A stretch of DNA of 64,000 bases, from the NCBI GenBank assembly GCA_903840435.1, contig CAIMFV010000006.1, positions 22,415 to 86,414 of the forward strand, read 5' to 3'. Position numbers and translations under genes: made by a program. Source of the DNA: an uncultured Caulobacterales bacterium. GTDB lineage: Bacteria; Pseudomonadota; Alphaproteobacteria; Caulobacterales; Caulobacteraceae. The stretch's first letter is position 1. The number at the start of each line of letters is the position of its first letter. The notes under the pieces were generated by a model, which worked only from the letters and a program-made list of their open reading frames with translations, had not been told where the DNA came from and did no database searches. Below are positions 1-9,462 of this stretch, piece after piece.

Positions 1-6
1 TGTGAT

Positions 7-882
7 GTGGGGGCGTTTGAGATAATCTTGGTCGATGATGGCTCGCGCGACCGAACCTGGTCCCTGATCCAACAGCTTTCAGTATCCTATCCCGAAGTGG
101 TTGGCGTGCGCCTATCGCGTAATCACGGCCATCAGTTGGCGGTGTCGGCAGGTCTGTCCTTAGCCCGTGGCGACCGTGTTTTAGTCATCGACGCCGATTG
201 CCAGGACCCGCCCGAGCTGGTTGGCCAAATGGTGGCGCGGCTCGACCAAGGCTTTGATGTGGTGTTTGGCAGGCGTCGGAGCCGCGCCGGCGAAAGCCCT
301 TTCAAGCTCGCCACAGCCCGTCTATTTTATCGCGGCCTCGCGGCGCTGGCCGAAAGTGATATTCCGGTCGACACGGGCGATTTCCGGCTGATGTCCCGGC
401 GGATTGTTGCGCGTCTCAACGCCATGCCCGAGCGCGACCGGTTCATTCGGGGCATGGTGGCGTGGTTGGGCGGTCGGCAAACCGAAATTCTGTATGATCG
501 CGAAGCGCGCACCTCGGGTGCTACCCATTATACGCTGGCCAAGATGCTGCGCCTCGCCGGAGACGGACTGACCAGTTTTTCCGTCGCGCCCCTGCGGCTT
601 GCCACCTTGCTTGCGGCATTTGGCGTTTGCGTCTCGTTTCTCCTGCTCGTCTACGCCCTGGTGGGGTTTGCCACAGGCCATGCCACTCCCGGCTGGACCA
701 GTCTTGCCTTGATCGTGGTTTTTTTCGCCACGGCGCAGCTGATCTGCATGGCAATTTTTGGCGAGTATCTCGGGCGGGCCTATATGCAGGCCAAGGGGCG
801 CCCCTTGTATCTGATTGATGAGATTCACGTGGCGGTGCCCCCGTCCCCTCCCGGAGGTCCTGACCATGCTGGACGCGGCTGA
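7..882 (+). CDS. Family 2 glycosyltransferase, GtrB / dolichol-phosphate-mannose synthase-like (bactoprenol-sugar transferase); possibly 5' partial at window edge
   Basis: ILVDDGSRD...DADCQDPPE motifs typical of GT2 DXD enzymes; C-terminal TM helices as in GtrB; high-GC codon usage. Confidence 0.8.
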   Translation: MGAFEIILVDDGSRDRTWSLIQQLSVSYPEVVGVRLSRNHGHQLAVSAGLSLARGDRVLVIDADCQDPPELVGQMVARLDQGFDVVFGRRRSRAGESPFKLATARLFYRGLAALAESDIPVDTGDFRLMSRRIVARLNAMPERDRFIRGMVAWLGGRQTEILYDREARTSGATHYTLAKMLRLAGDGLTSFSVAPLRLATLLAAFGVCVSFLLLVYALVGFATGHATPGWTSLALIVVFFATAQLICMAIFGEYLGRAYMQAKGRPLYLIDEIHVAVPPSPPGGPDHAGRG

Positions 883-1564
883 ATTCGATAAGTTCGCCGA
901 GGAATACCTCGCCGCTCACGCGCAAAACCTAAAGGTTTCCGGCGAAGGCCCGGACTATTTCGCGCGCTACAAAATTGACGAACTGGCGCGCCTCTGGGCG
1001 AAGCGCAAAACTCCGCCTCCGGCAACCATCCTCGATTTCGGCTGCGGCATCGGCGCAAGCCTGCCACACTTGCGGCGTCAGTTTCCAACCGCCTGCCTCA
1101 CCGGCGTCGATGTCAGCGCCCGGAGCTTGGAAATCGCCGCCGTACGCTTTCCCGACGTGGCGCAGCTTGTCTTGGCCAAAGAGGGTGCGGCGCCGGTGGC
1201 CGAGGCCAGCCAGGATCTGATTTTTACCGCCTGTGTTTTCCATCACATCCCCGAAGACCACCATGTGGCGTTGTTCGCCGACCTGCGCGCGCGGTTGACG
1301 GCGAAGGGGGCTCTGGTGGTGTTCGAGCACAACCCGCTAAACCCGGTGACCCGCTATATTGTCGCGACCTGTCCCTTTGATGAAAACGCCGTCCTGATCT
1401 CGGCGGCCAGCCTGCGCGCCCGATTGCAGGCCGCTGGCTTTTCGCAGGTGGAAATTCGCTTTACCGGCTTTTTCCCAGGCCCGCTCGCCGCCTTGCGGCC
1501 TCTTGAGCCGTTGCTGAACCAAATCCCGATTGGCGCCCAATATTATGCCCTTGCCACAGCCTAG
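866..1564 (+). CDS. Class I SAM-dependent methyltransferase
   Basis: ILDFGCGIGASL glycine-rich SAM-binding motif I; start chosen at MLDAAEF (ATG at 866) just before GT2 stop. Confidence 0.7.
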   Translation: MLDAAEFDKFAEEYLAAHAQNLKVSGEGPDYFARYKIDELARLWAKRKTPPPATILDFGCGIGASLPHLRRQFPTACLTGVDVSARSLEIAAVRFPDVAQLVLAKEGAAPVAEASQDLIFTACVFHHIPEDHHVALFADLRARLTAKGALVVFEHNPLNPVTRYIVATCPFDENAVLISAASLRARLQAAGFSQVEIRFTGFFPGPLAALRPLEPLLNQIPIGAQYYALATA

Positions 1565-1973
1565 AGGCGCCACGGTCGCGGAGGGGCGGGTGGGCGAGAT
1601 TTTGCGCTATGGCCTAGTGGGGCTCGCCAACACGGCTCTTGGTCTCACCGTGATCTTGGCAGTGAAATTTCTCCTGCACGCGCCGCCGATCCTTGCCAAT
1701 GCCTGTGGTTATGGGGTCGGGATCGTGGTGAGTTTCCTGCTCAATCGCGGGTTTGTTTTTCGCTCTCAGGCGAAGGTCGGCGCCGCCGGTTTGCGCTACG
1801 GGCTTTCCGTCGCCCTCGCCTACGGGATCAATCTCTTCGTGCTGATCCTTGCCGAAAAGGGCCTTCCCTCAACGCCGCTCTTTCAAGCCTGCGATCAGCT
1901 GTTGGCCATGGGGGCCTATACGATCAGCCTCTATGTCTTGTCGCGCAGCTTCGTCTTCAAGGGCGTGACCTGA
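1530..1973 (+). CDS. GtrA family membrane protein (polysaccharide/glycan flippase-like small membrane protein)
   Basis: About 140 aa, 4 TM segments, RYGLVGLANTALGL motif typical of GtrA family; sits between GT2 and large membrane GT. Confidence 0.7.
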   Translation: MAPNIMPLPQPRGATVAEGRVGEILRYGLVGLANTALGLTVILAVKFLLHAPPILANACGYGVGIVVSFLLNRGFVFRSQAKVGAAGLRYGLSVALAYGINLFVLILAEKGLPSTPLFQACDQLLAMGAYTISLYVLSRSFVFKGVT

Positions 1974-3946
1974 TAGACGACCACGGGGGAATTCGGCTTG
2001 GACAGGCGGGTCAACCAGTTCGGGATATCTCCGCGGTCGAGGCGTCGTTGCAGGGCGGTGCTGGCAAGTCCTGTGCGGTCGGCATGGCCAGAATGGCCCG
2101 GGCACTCCAGCACATAGGTGACGCCATAGTTGGCGATCAAGGCGTGGGCCCGATCCTCTGGCGCCGTTAAGATGCTCCGCGCCGCCATAATGCCCCAGCC
2201 CAGACGATGATAGGGGGCCGACAGGGTCGAAGACGGCGTATAGGCGACCACAAACGGGCCAAGATCAATTTCGGAAACCGTCAACCCCTTGGGCGCCTTG
2301 GCCAATTCCGCATAGGGGAAGGCGTTGAAGCAATAGTCTGGCGGCGGAACGGGCTTGCGGGTTGATGAGGGGGCGGCGACTTTGCTCGCCCCCAACTTGC
2401 TGGCCCCCGGCTTGCTCTCCAGGGGGGCGGCGGTTTTGACGGCGGGGGCGCGCAAAGCTGTGACCGTGTCCCACACCCAGGCGCCCGCCGCGCTCCACGG
2501 CGTGGGCGTCAAGAGAATTGCTGCGGCAATCACGCCGACAAGGCCAAGGTCGGATGGGAAGCGCCGGGCGAGGCGCATGGACGCGACCCCGAGTATCGGC
2601 AAAGCAACCCAGATGCAGTAGGCGCTCATGCGAATGGCCGATGCGCCGATGCAGAGGCCGACGAGAAGCAAGCTGCTCGTCAAACGCCAGCCGAAGGCTT
2701 CGCGCCTTGGCTTTGATCCCAGGAGGACAGCCATGGCCAAGGCCGCCATCATGCCCGGCGCGATAAGGAACAGCGCGCCGGAGCCCTGGCGCGAGACGTA
2801 GAGGCCGATATTGGCGACCTCGCTGACATGATCGAGCCAGAAGCTGCGTATCCGCATATCGACATCGGCGAAGGGGCCGTGAATGCAGCTCGGGTGCAGT
2901 GCGAGATAGACAAAGAGCGCCGCCCCGCCGCTGAGCGCCAAGGCGAAAGCCCGGACGCCGAGCGACCGCCGCGCCGTGAGCTTGACGCTCAGCCACAACA
3001 GGCTGGCCCCTGTCGCTGTCCCCGCGACAAGATTGGCGCCGATGGCGTCGCAGGCCGACAGCGACAACCGTTCAGGCGGCGTTTGCAGGGCATAAGCGAT
3101 CAGGACAGAGGCTAACAAGGCCATCGCATATTGGCCGACAAACCGGTCTTCACGGGCGTCAGTCAAAAAGCGCAGGGCGATGAAACCGCCGATCAAGGCT
3201 TGGAACACCAAGGCCTCGAGCCCGATGGCGAGGCCTAGGCCTGCAGCGATGCCGCCAAGGATCGGGGCGTACCTGGCCTCGCGCCCTTGCAAGGCCGCCG
3301 CGAAGGCAATGACCGTCAGGGCGATCTGGACATTGTGATGGTCCACCCGTCCCGGATGGAATTGCTGATAAAGCGCGCCACCGAACAGGGCGATGATCGA
3401 TGTCGCCGCAACGGTGCTATTTTCAGCTGCCTCGCCCTCGCCGGCACTGAGCGCACGCGCAGCCCAAAGGCTCGCCCAAATGGCGATAAAGATCCAAATG
3501 CCGGGCCAGACTACCCGCGCTGCGAGTTCGGCCCGCTCCGGATCGACGACGGTCCGAAAGGCCAGCACTAATCCGGCAATCCCGCCATCGAGCAGCCGCG
3601 ACCAGTGAAAATAGGTCCCGACCGGCGGTTGGTAGCGTAGGAAATGCTGATCGAACCAGCCGCGTGCGTGCAACAATTCCCGAACAAAGACAATGCGCGT
3701 CGCATCATCGGTATCGCCCAGCGCGCCCTTTAGCCAGCCGCCGCCATCGAACAGGAAATAGGTGGTCAGGATGACCGCCGCCAAGGCGGCCATGAGCGCT
3801 GTGCGTCCAGGCGTCGCCAGGACAAGCGCTTTCGGCAGCCAAGAGCGACGAAGCCAGGGACCGAGCGCCTTCATGGCTGTGCCGCAGACGGCCTCGTCGG
3901 GCGCAGCGTGCAGCGCGCGGGGATCAAACCTTGAGCCTCTGAACAA
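1931..3946 (-). CDS. Large polytopic membrane protein, putative glycosyltransferase (ArnT/PMT GT39/GT83-like) with C-terminal periplasmic domain
   Basis: 671 aa, more than 10 predicted TM helices followed by soluble C-terminal region; context with GtrA/GtrB-like genes. Confidence 0.5.
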   Translation of the reverse strand: MFRGSRFDPRALHAAPDEAVCGTAMKALGPWLRRSWLPKALVLATPGRTALMAALAAVILTTYFLFDGGGWLKGALGDTDDATRIVFVRELLHARGWFDQHFLRYQPPVGTYFHWSRLLDGGIAGLVLAFRTVVDPERAELAARVVWPGIWIFIAIWASLWAARALSAGEGEAAENSTVAATSIIALFGGALYQQFHPGRVDHHNVQIALTVIAFAAALQGREARYAPILGGIAAGLGLAIGLEALVFQALIGGFIALRFLTDAREDRFVGQYAMALLASVLIAYALQTPPERLSLSACDAIGANLVAGTATGASLLWLSVKLTARRSLGVRAFALALSGGAALFVYLALHPSCIHGPFADVDMRIRSFWLDHVSEVANIGLYVSRQGSGALFLIAPGMMAALAMAVLLGSKPRREAFGWRLTSSLLLVGLCIGASAIRMSAYCIWVALPILGVASMRLARRFPSDLGLVGVIAAAILLTPTPWSAAGAWVWDTVTALRAPAVKTAAPLESKPGASKLGASKVAAPSSTRKPVPPPDYCFNAFPYAELAKAPKGLTVSEIDLGPFVVAYTPSSTLSAPYHRLGWGIMAARSILTAPEDRAHALIANYGVTYVLECPGHSGHADRTGLASTALQRRLDRGDIPNWLTRLSKPNSPVVVYQVTPLKTKLRDKT

Positions 3947-5537
3947 GCGCCGTTGTCGAGGGGTCGTGGGCGCCGAGGGACGCGCCGGTTAGTTCGCCCA
4001 AGATTTGCACCGCCAAGGTTTTGCCCAATTCGACCCCCCACTGGTCGAAGCTATTGATGTCCCACAACACCCCTTCAACAAAGGTCTTGTGTTCATAGAG
4101 CGCGATCAAGGCACCCAGCGCTTCCGGTGACAGTTCCGGCAAAAGGATCATCGCCGTGGGCCGATCCCCGGGGAAGGTGCGCTGTGGGGCAAGGCTGTCG
4201 ATTTCGGCTTGGGAAACGCCCTTGGCTGCAAGCTCGGCGCGAACCTCGGCTTCGCTCCGCCCGACCATCAGCGCTTCGGCCTGCGCAATCAGATTGGCGA
4301 GCAATTTGGTGTGCATGCCATCTGGCCCCTCCTCATCCCGCGCCACGCCGATCAGGTCGACGGGAATGATGTCATAGCCCTGGTGTAACAGTTGGAAGAA
4401 GGCATGCTGGCCGTTCGTCCCGGCATCGCCAAAGACATTGGTCGCCGTAGCCCGCGCCACCGGCGCGCCGGTGGCGGTGACGCGCTTACCGTTCGATTCC
4501 ATTTCGAGCTGTTGCAGAAAAGCTGGCAACAGCCGTAGCCGCTGGGCATAGGGCACAACCGCGCGCGCCGCCCGGTCGAGCCCATTGCGATTATAGATAT
4601 GGGCGAGCGCCAGCAGCACCGGCGCATTGGCCTCCAGCGGGGCTTCGACAAAGTGGCGATCCAAGGCCGCAGCCCCGGCCAAAAAGCGGGCGAAGACCTC
4701 ATAGCCGAGCGCCAAGGCGCAGGAGAGCCCGACCGCCGACCAGATGGAATAGCGCCCGCCAACCCAATCCCAAAACGCAAAGACCCGATCGGGTTCGACA
4801 CCAAAGGCAACGGCCTTATCCGGTGCTGCAGAGACCGCGGCAAAGTGCGATTTCGCGCCCGCCTCGCCCAAGGTCGCCCGCAGCCAATCGCGCGCCGCTT
4901 CGGCATTGGCGAGGGTTTCCAGGGTAGTGAAGGTCTTTGATACCGCTACAACCAAGGTCGTCTCGGGGTCGAGGCCCACCAAGGCCTGGGCGATTTCAGC
5001 CCCGTCGACATTCGCCACAAAGCGAAGATCGATTTTGCTGTCGAGCGGCTTTAGCGCCTCCCAAACCAGACGGGGTCCAAGATCGGATCCGCCAATTCCA
5101 ATGTGCAAGATGGCGGTGAACCGCTTGCCGGTCGCGCCAAAGGCTTTGCCTGCGTGGAGGGCGTCAGCGAGCGCCGCCATTTTCTGGCGACCCGCCTCCA
5201 CCTCCGCCGAAACCGGGACGCCGAGCGCGGAAAAGTGCGCCCCATCGGGAGCGCGCAAAGCCGGATGCAGCACGGCTCTGTGTTCGGAGGTGTTCACCTC
5301 ACCGCCGGCGAACAGCTTGGCCCGCGCCGCCTCAACGCCTGCCTCCCGCGCCAGGTCCAGCGCAGCCGCTAGGCCGTCCTTGGTCCAGCTCTGTTTCGAC
5401 AGGTCGACGAAAAGCCCCGCCGCCTCCATGCTCATCCGTGACAGACGGTCAGGGTCGGCGTGAAAGTTCGACAGGATCGAGGTGTCGCGCGCCGATCGGG
5501 CTTGCGCCTCAAGTCGACGCCAAGCGGCGAGGCTCAT
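3924..5537 (-). CDS. pgi: Glucose-6-phosphate isomerase
   Basis: 537 aa; conserved PGI blocks (GIGGSDLGP, ...SKTFTT.ET..NA, GQHAFFQLLHQG) recognisable. Confidence 0.9.
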   Translation of the reverse strand: MSLAAWRRLEAQARSARDTSILSNFHADPDRLSRMSMEAAGLFVDLSKQSWTKDGLAAALDLAREAGVEAARAKLFAGGEVNTSEHRAVLHPALRAPDGAHFSALGVPVSAEVEAGRQKMAALADALHAGKAFGATGKRFTAILHIGIGGSDLGPRLVWEALKPLDSKIDLRFVANVDGAEIAQALVGLDPETTLVVAVSKTFTTLETLANAEAARDWLRATLGEAGAKSHFAAVSAAPDKAVAFGVEPDRVFAFWDWVGGRYSIWSAVGLSCALALGYEVFARFLAGAAALDRHFVEAPLEANAPVLLALAHIYNRNGLDRAARAVVPYAQRLRLLPAFLQQLEMESNGKRVTATGAPVARATATNVFGDAGTNGQHAFFQLLHQGYDIIPVDLIGVARDEEGPDGMHTKLLANLIAQAEALMVGRSEAEVRAELAAKGVSQAEIDSLAPQRTFPGDRPTAMILLPELSPEALGALIALYEHKTFVEGVLWDINSFDQWGVELGKTLAVQILGELTGASLGAHDPSTTALVQRLKV

Positions 5538-5581
5538 TTTTGTCTATCCGCAGTTAGAGGAAAAGGGCCGAGACCCAATCC

Positions 5582-5920
5582 TTAGGCCATGACGCCGGAT
5601 TGATTAAGCCATTCGAGGATCTTTGCCTTGGGCATGGCGCCGACCTTCATCGCGGTCATCTGGCCGTCCTTAAACAGCATCATGGTCGGGATGCCCCGCA
5701 CGCCATAGCGGCCGGGCGTTGAGGGGCTGTCTTCGATATTGACCTTGGCAATGGTCACCTGGCCCGCCAACTCTTCCGAGATTTGGTCGAGCGCGGGGGC
5801 GATCTGCTTGCAAGGCCCACACCATTCCGCCCAAAAATCCACCAGAACCGGCGTGGACGCCTGCAAGACGTCTGCCTCAAAACTGTCGTCGGTGACGGTC
5901 ACCGTGGCCATGGTCTTCAC
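5582..5920 (-). CDS. trxA: Thioredoxin
   Basis: WAEWCGPCK active site, about 108 aa; classic addB-addA-trxA synteny. Confidence 0.9.
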   Translation of the reverse strand: MKTMATVTVTDDSFEADVLQASTPVLVDFWAEWCGPCKQIAPALDQISEELAGQVTIAKVNIEDSPSTPGRYGVRGIPTMMLFKDGQMTAMKVGAMPKAKILEWLNQSGVMA

Positions 5921-5976
5921 TCCTTGGGCGGGGAAAGTCCGCCGACGCTGTCATTTAGGCGGGTCAGCCCCCGCTA

Positions 5977-8900
5977 TCAACCATTTCGCCGCGTCTCGCT
6001 CAGCTTGGCGACGATCAGATTTTCAGGAATGGGCATCAGTTTCGGTCCATCGGTCCAGACCAAAGCCGCCTCTACCTTTCTAGAGGGGAAGATCGCGCGC
6101 AGGACAGCCACATAAAGCGCCATTTGCATCAGATAGGCGGGGTCGGCGGCTTCAATCCGGTCGGGTGCGGGGCGGTTGGTCTTAAAATCGACCACCAGCA
6201 CCCGGTCAGGACGGATGACCATGCGGTCGACACGCCCTGAAATGACCAAGGATGGCGGCAGGTCCGGCGATCCCCCCGCCACCGCCACCTCGGCGCGCGA
6301 CCCCTCGCCAAAGACCTCGGCAAAGCGGGCATCGTTTAAGACGCTCAAGGCGGCGGCAGCCATTTCCTTGCGATGCTCAGGCGTGAGATCGGTCTCCTTA
6401 TTCAAGATCCGTTCGGCCGCCGCCTGCCGCTCGGTGATTGCCAGATCAGGCAGCAATTGAAACAGCCGGTGAATGAGATCGCCGCGCCGGAACCTTCCAA
6501 GCCCCCCGGCGCTGGCCGCGAGCGGCGACGGGGTTGGGCCGCGTTTGGTCTGGGCATAGGTCGAGGGCGACGCATAGGCCGCTGATGGCGGATCGGCAGG
6601 AGCGCGGTTGCGAAGCCAGCTTGGCGCGGCTGGCGCAGCGACCTCGGATAGGTGGGACTGGGGCGCAGGCCTCGGATCGACACCGAAGCGCTGGAACCGG
6701 AACCCGGTTGGCGTTTCCATCTCGCGCCATTGGTCGGCCAAGGGGCCAGACGCCGCAGCCTCTAAGGCCATACGCCAGCCTTTGACCGGGCTCGTAAACG
6801 CCTTGCGCCCCCCCAGGATCAGGCGGTCGCGAGCGCGTGTCAGGGCGACATAAAGAAGCCGCGTCGTTTCTTCGGCCTCAGCGTCTGTGCGTTGCTCCCG
6901 GATTTTTGCCGCGGCGGGACAGTCCGTCTTCGATCCCTCGAGCAGCAAAACCCCGCCGCCTTCGGCGAAGAAGACATTTTGGTTCGGGGTTTTGGTGAAG
7001 ACCGTATCGGGAAGGAAGACGATAGGCGCCTCAAGGCCTTTCGCGCCGTGGGCGGTCATGATGCGCACCTCGCCCTTGGGTTCGTCCAACTCGCGCTTTA
7101 AGGTCAATCGCAGCCGTTCGAGCTCGGCGCACAGCTGTTCCAGATCGCGCACCCCGCGCGCTTCCGCACTCAGTACCTGTTGGATGAAGGCGTCGAGGGC
7201 TTCTTCCGCTTCAGACCCCAATCGCGTCGCATAACGACGTCGCAGACTATAGCCGTCCGGATCGGCACGCCCCAGCAAGCGGGTGAAGAAATCAAACGGG
7301 GTCAGGCGTGAGGCCTGCTCCCGCGCCTCTGAGAGAAAATCGAGCGCCCGCTTCCAGCGCTTTCGCTCGGCAGCGCGCGTTGACAGGCTGGCGTAAAGAC
7401 TTCCTTGCCGGGGATGGGCAAGATCAAAAAGGTCTACCTCATCCAGATCGCACAAAGGGCTGCGCAGCACTTCGGCGAGTGACAGATCATCGCGAGGATA
7501 GAGGCAGAACCGCGCTAAACTGCGCAAATCCTCAAACACAAGATGGTCGGAAAGCTTCAACTGGTCGGCGCCCGCCACCGGAACATTTTCGCGTTTCAGG
7601 GTGCGAAGCAGCGTATCAAACACCTCGCCCCGTTTGCGCACCAAGATCAAAATGTCGCCATAGCTGGCAGGACGAAGCGCGCCGGAGCGTTCACGAACCG
7701 CGTCGCCGCGGTGGACAATGGCCTTGCATTCCTCCGCCACACGATCAGCCAGGCGCTGAACGGCGCTCGTCTCACCCTTGGCGTCCATAGGATTATCCCA
7801 AGCCGTCAGCGCAGGCTTTGGACTTTCAATATCGAGCGGCCACAGATCGACTGTTCCGTGGTCGGATTGCCGATAGGCGACATGGGCAGGGACCTGAACC
7901 TCGGCGCCCGGCGACAGATGGGCTGCAAGGTCGGTATCGGCAAAAACCGCATCCACAAAGGCGAGCACTTCCGGCGTTGAGCGCCAGGAGACCGTCAATT
8001 CAATATCGTCAAATAAACTTCCAGCGTCGCCCGCCCGTTCGATCAACCTTTGGGTCTGCAGGGCCATTTCACGCGGTGCAGCGCCTTGGAAGGAGAAGAT
8101 GGATTGCTTCTTATCTCCAACCAAAAAAATGCTGCGCAAGGTGTTCGACGCCCGCGCCCCGAGGCCAGCGAAAAACTCAGACGTCAGAGCATTCAAGATG
8201 CGCCACTGATCGGGCGCTGTGTCCTGGGCCTCATCGACCAGGATGTGGTCGACCCCGCCGTCGAGCTTGTAGAGCACCCAGGCGGCAGCCGGTTGGTCGT
8301 CGAGCAGCGCGCTCGCCTTTGCGATCAAATCGGCGAAATCCAAGGCGCCAAAATCGTCTTTTACCGCCGCATAAATCTGCCCATAGGCCGCGCCGAGATA
8401 AAGGAGGTCGCGGGTGCGCTGGCCAATGCGGGCAGCGCGGATGCGGTTGCGCGCCGCTACTAATCGAGCCTGCTCTTCGATTAGCCAATACCTGACCGCC
8501 GGGTCGACCGATTTTGTGGAAAGGTGCTTGAACTCGGACCCTTCACCCTCCTCGGTGAAAAAGATCTTCCACACGGCTTCAGGCTCAAACCGGCCGTTTC
8601 GCCGGGCCTCAATCACCGCCTGGAGCGCGGCGCCCCTCTTGACCGAACTTATTTCCTTTACCCGGGCGAGGTTGGCTGCGGCCCAAAGATAGCGCGCCTC
8701 GTCAAATACCCCATCCGCCAAGGCCTCTTGCTCAAGCTGGCTTGGGTCATGCAGGGCGTCTTGATCCAAAAGTTTGGCGATGGCGGCATCCAGCCCACCT
8801 TTCGCTGCGGCATCTTCTAAAAAGGTCGCAATCTGTTGGCGACGTTGAATGAGGGTGTCGAAAAGGTCTTCAAATGCCTTCCAGTCGAGACTGACCGACA

Positions 8901-9462
8901 TTTTGGTATAGGCCTCGCCCAGCGGGGTTTCGGGGTCGCGGGCGGCGGCGGAAAGGTATTGCCGCGCCCGGCGTTGCAACTCACCTGCGGCAACGTCGTC
9001 CAGCACAGAAAAGCCAGGAGATACGCCCGCTTCCAGCGGAAACTGGCGCAGGAGGCGTTCGCAAAAGGCGTGGATGGTTTGGATTTTCAGACCGCCTGGC
9101 GTTTCTAAGGCCTGGGCAAAGAGACGCCGTGCGCGGGACAGCGCAGTCGGATCCGTAATCGGCCGTTCCGCGCCGGAAAGGTCGGCCAATTCCATCGCCA
9201 GCGCGTCGTTATCAGCGACCGCCCACCCGCCGAGGCGCTCAAAAAGGCGCCTTTGCATCTCTGAGGCTGCGGCCTTGGTAAAGGTCAAGCACAGGATGGT
9301 TTCCGCCCTTGCGCCGGTGAGCAGCAGTCGCGCGACCCGATCCACCAAGGTCTTGGTCTTGCCGGAGCCAGCATTGGCGCTGACCGCCGCCGACCGATAG
9401 GGGTCGGCCCCGCGCCTCTGAGGTTCGGTAGCAAGCCGAGCTATGTCTTGGGGATCGGTCAT
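5977..9462 (-). CDS. addA: Double-strand break repair helicase AddA (UvrD/Rep superfamily 1 helicase + C-terminal nuclease)
   Basis: 1161 aa; Walker A GSGKT near N-term of SF1 helicase, C-terminal RecB-like nuclease region; adjacent to addB. Confidence 0.9.
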   Translation of the reverse strand: MTDPQDIARLATEPQRRGADPYRSAAVSANAGSGKTKTLVDRVARLLLTGARAETILCLTFTKAAASEMQRRLFERLGGWAVADNDALAMELADLSGAERPITDPTALSRARRLFAQALETPGGLKIQTIHAFCERLLRQFPLEAGVSPGFSVLDDVAAGELQRRARQYLSAAARDPETPLGEAYTKMSVSLDWKAFEDLFDTLIQRRQQIATFLEDAAAKGGLDAAIAKLLDQDALHDPSQLEQEALADGVFDEARYLWAAANLARVKEISSVKRGAALQAVIEARRNGRFEPEAVWKIFFTEEGEGSEFKHLSTKSVDPAVRYWLIEEQARLVAARNRIRAARIGQRTRDLLYLGAAYGQIYAAVKDDFGALDFADLIAKASALLDDQPAAAWVLYKLDGGVDHILVDEAQDTAPDQWRILNALTSEFFAGLGARASNTLRSIFLVGDKKQSIFSFQGAAPREMALQTQRLIERAGDAGSLFDDIELTVSWRSTPEVLAFVDAVFADTDLAAHLSPGAEVQVPAHVAYRQSDHGTVDLWPLDIESPKPALTAWDNPMDAKGETSAVQRLADRVAEECKAIVHRGDAVRERSGALRPASYGDILILVRKRGEVFDTLLRTLKRENVPVAGADQLKLSDHLVFEDLRSLARFCLYPRDDLSLAEVLRSPLCDLDEVDLFDLAHPRQGSLYASLSTRAAERKRWKRALDFLSEAREQASRLTPFDFFTRLLGRADPDGYSLRRRYATRLGSEAEEALDAFIQQVLSAEARGVRDLEQLCAELERLRLTLKRELDEPKGEVRIMTAHGAKGLEAPIVFLPDTVFTKTPNQNVFFAEGGGVLLLEGSKTDCPAAAKIREQRTDAEAEETTRLLYVALTRARDRLILGGRKAFTSPVKGWRMALEAAASGPLADQWREMETPTGFRFQRFGVDPRPAPQSHLSEVAAPAAPSWLRNRAPADPPSAAYASPSTYAQTKRGPTPSPLAASAGGLGRFRRGDLIHRLFQLLPDLAITERQAAAERILNKETDLTPEHRKEMAAAALSVLNDARFAEVFGEGSRAEVAVAGGSPDLPPSLVISGRVDRMVIRPDRVLVVDFKTNRPAPDRIEAADPAYLMQMALYVAVLRAIFPSRKVEAALVWTDGPKLMPIPENLIVAKLSETRRNG

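Noticed and set aside
7818-8495. Numerous plus-strand ORFs inside addA/addB (for example 7818-8495, 10264-11055, 11767-12468)
   Set aside because: These are antisense GC artefacts overlapping well-supported helicase/nuclease genes. Their products are Arg/Pro/Ala-rich with no motifs.
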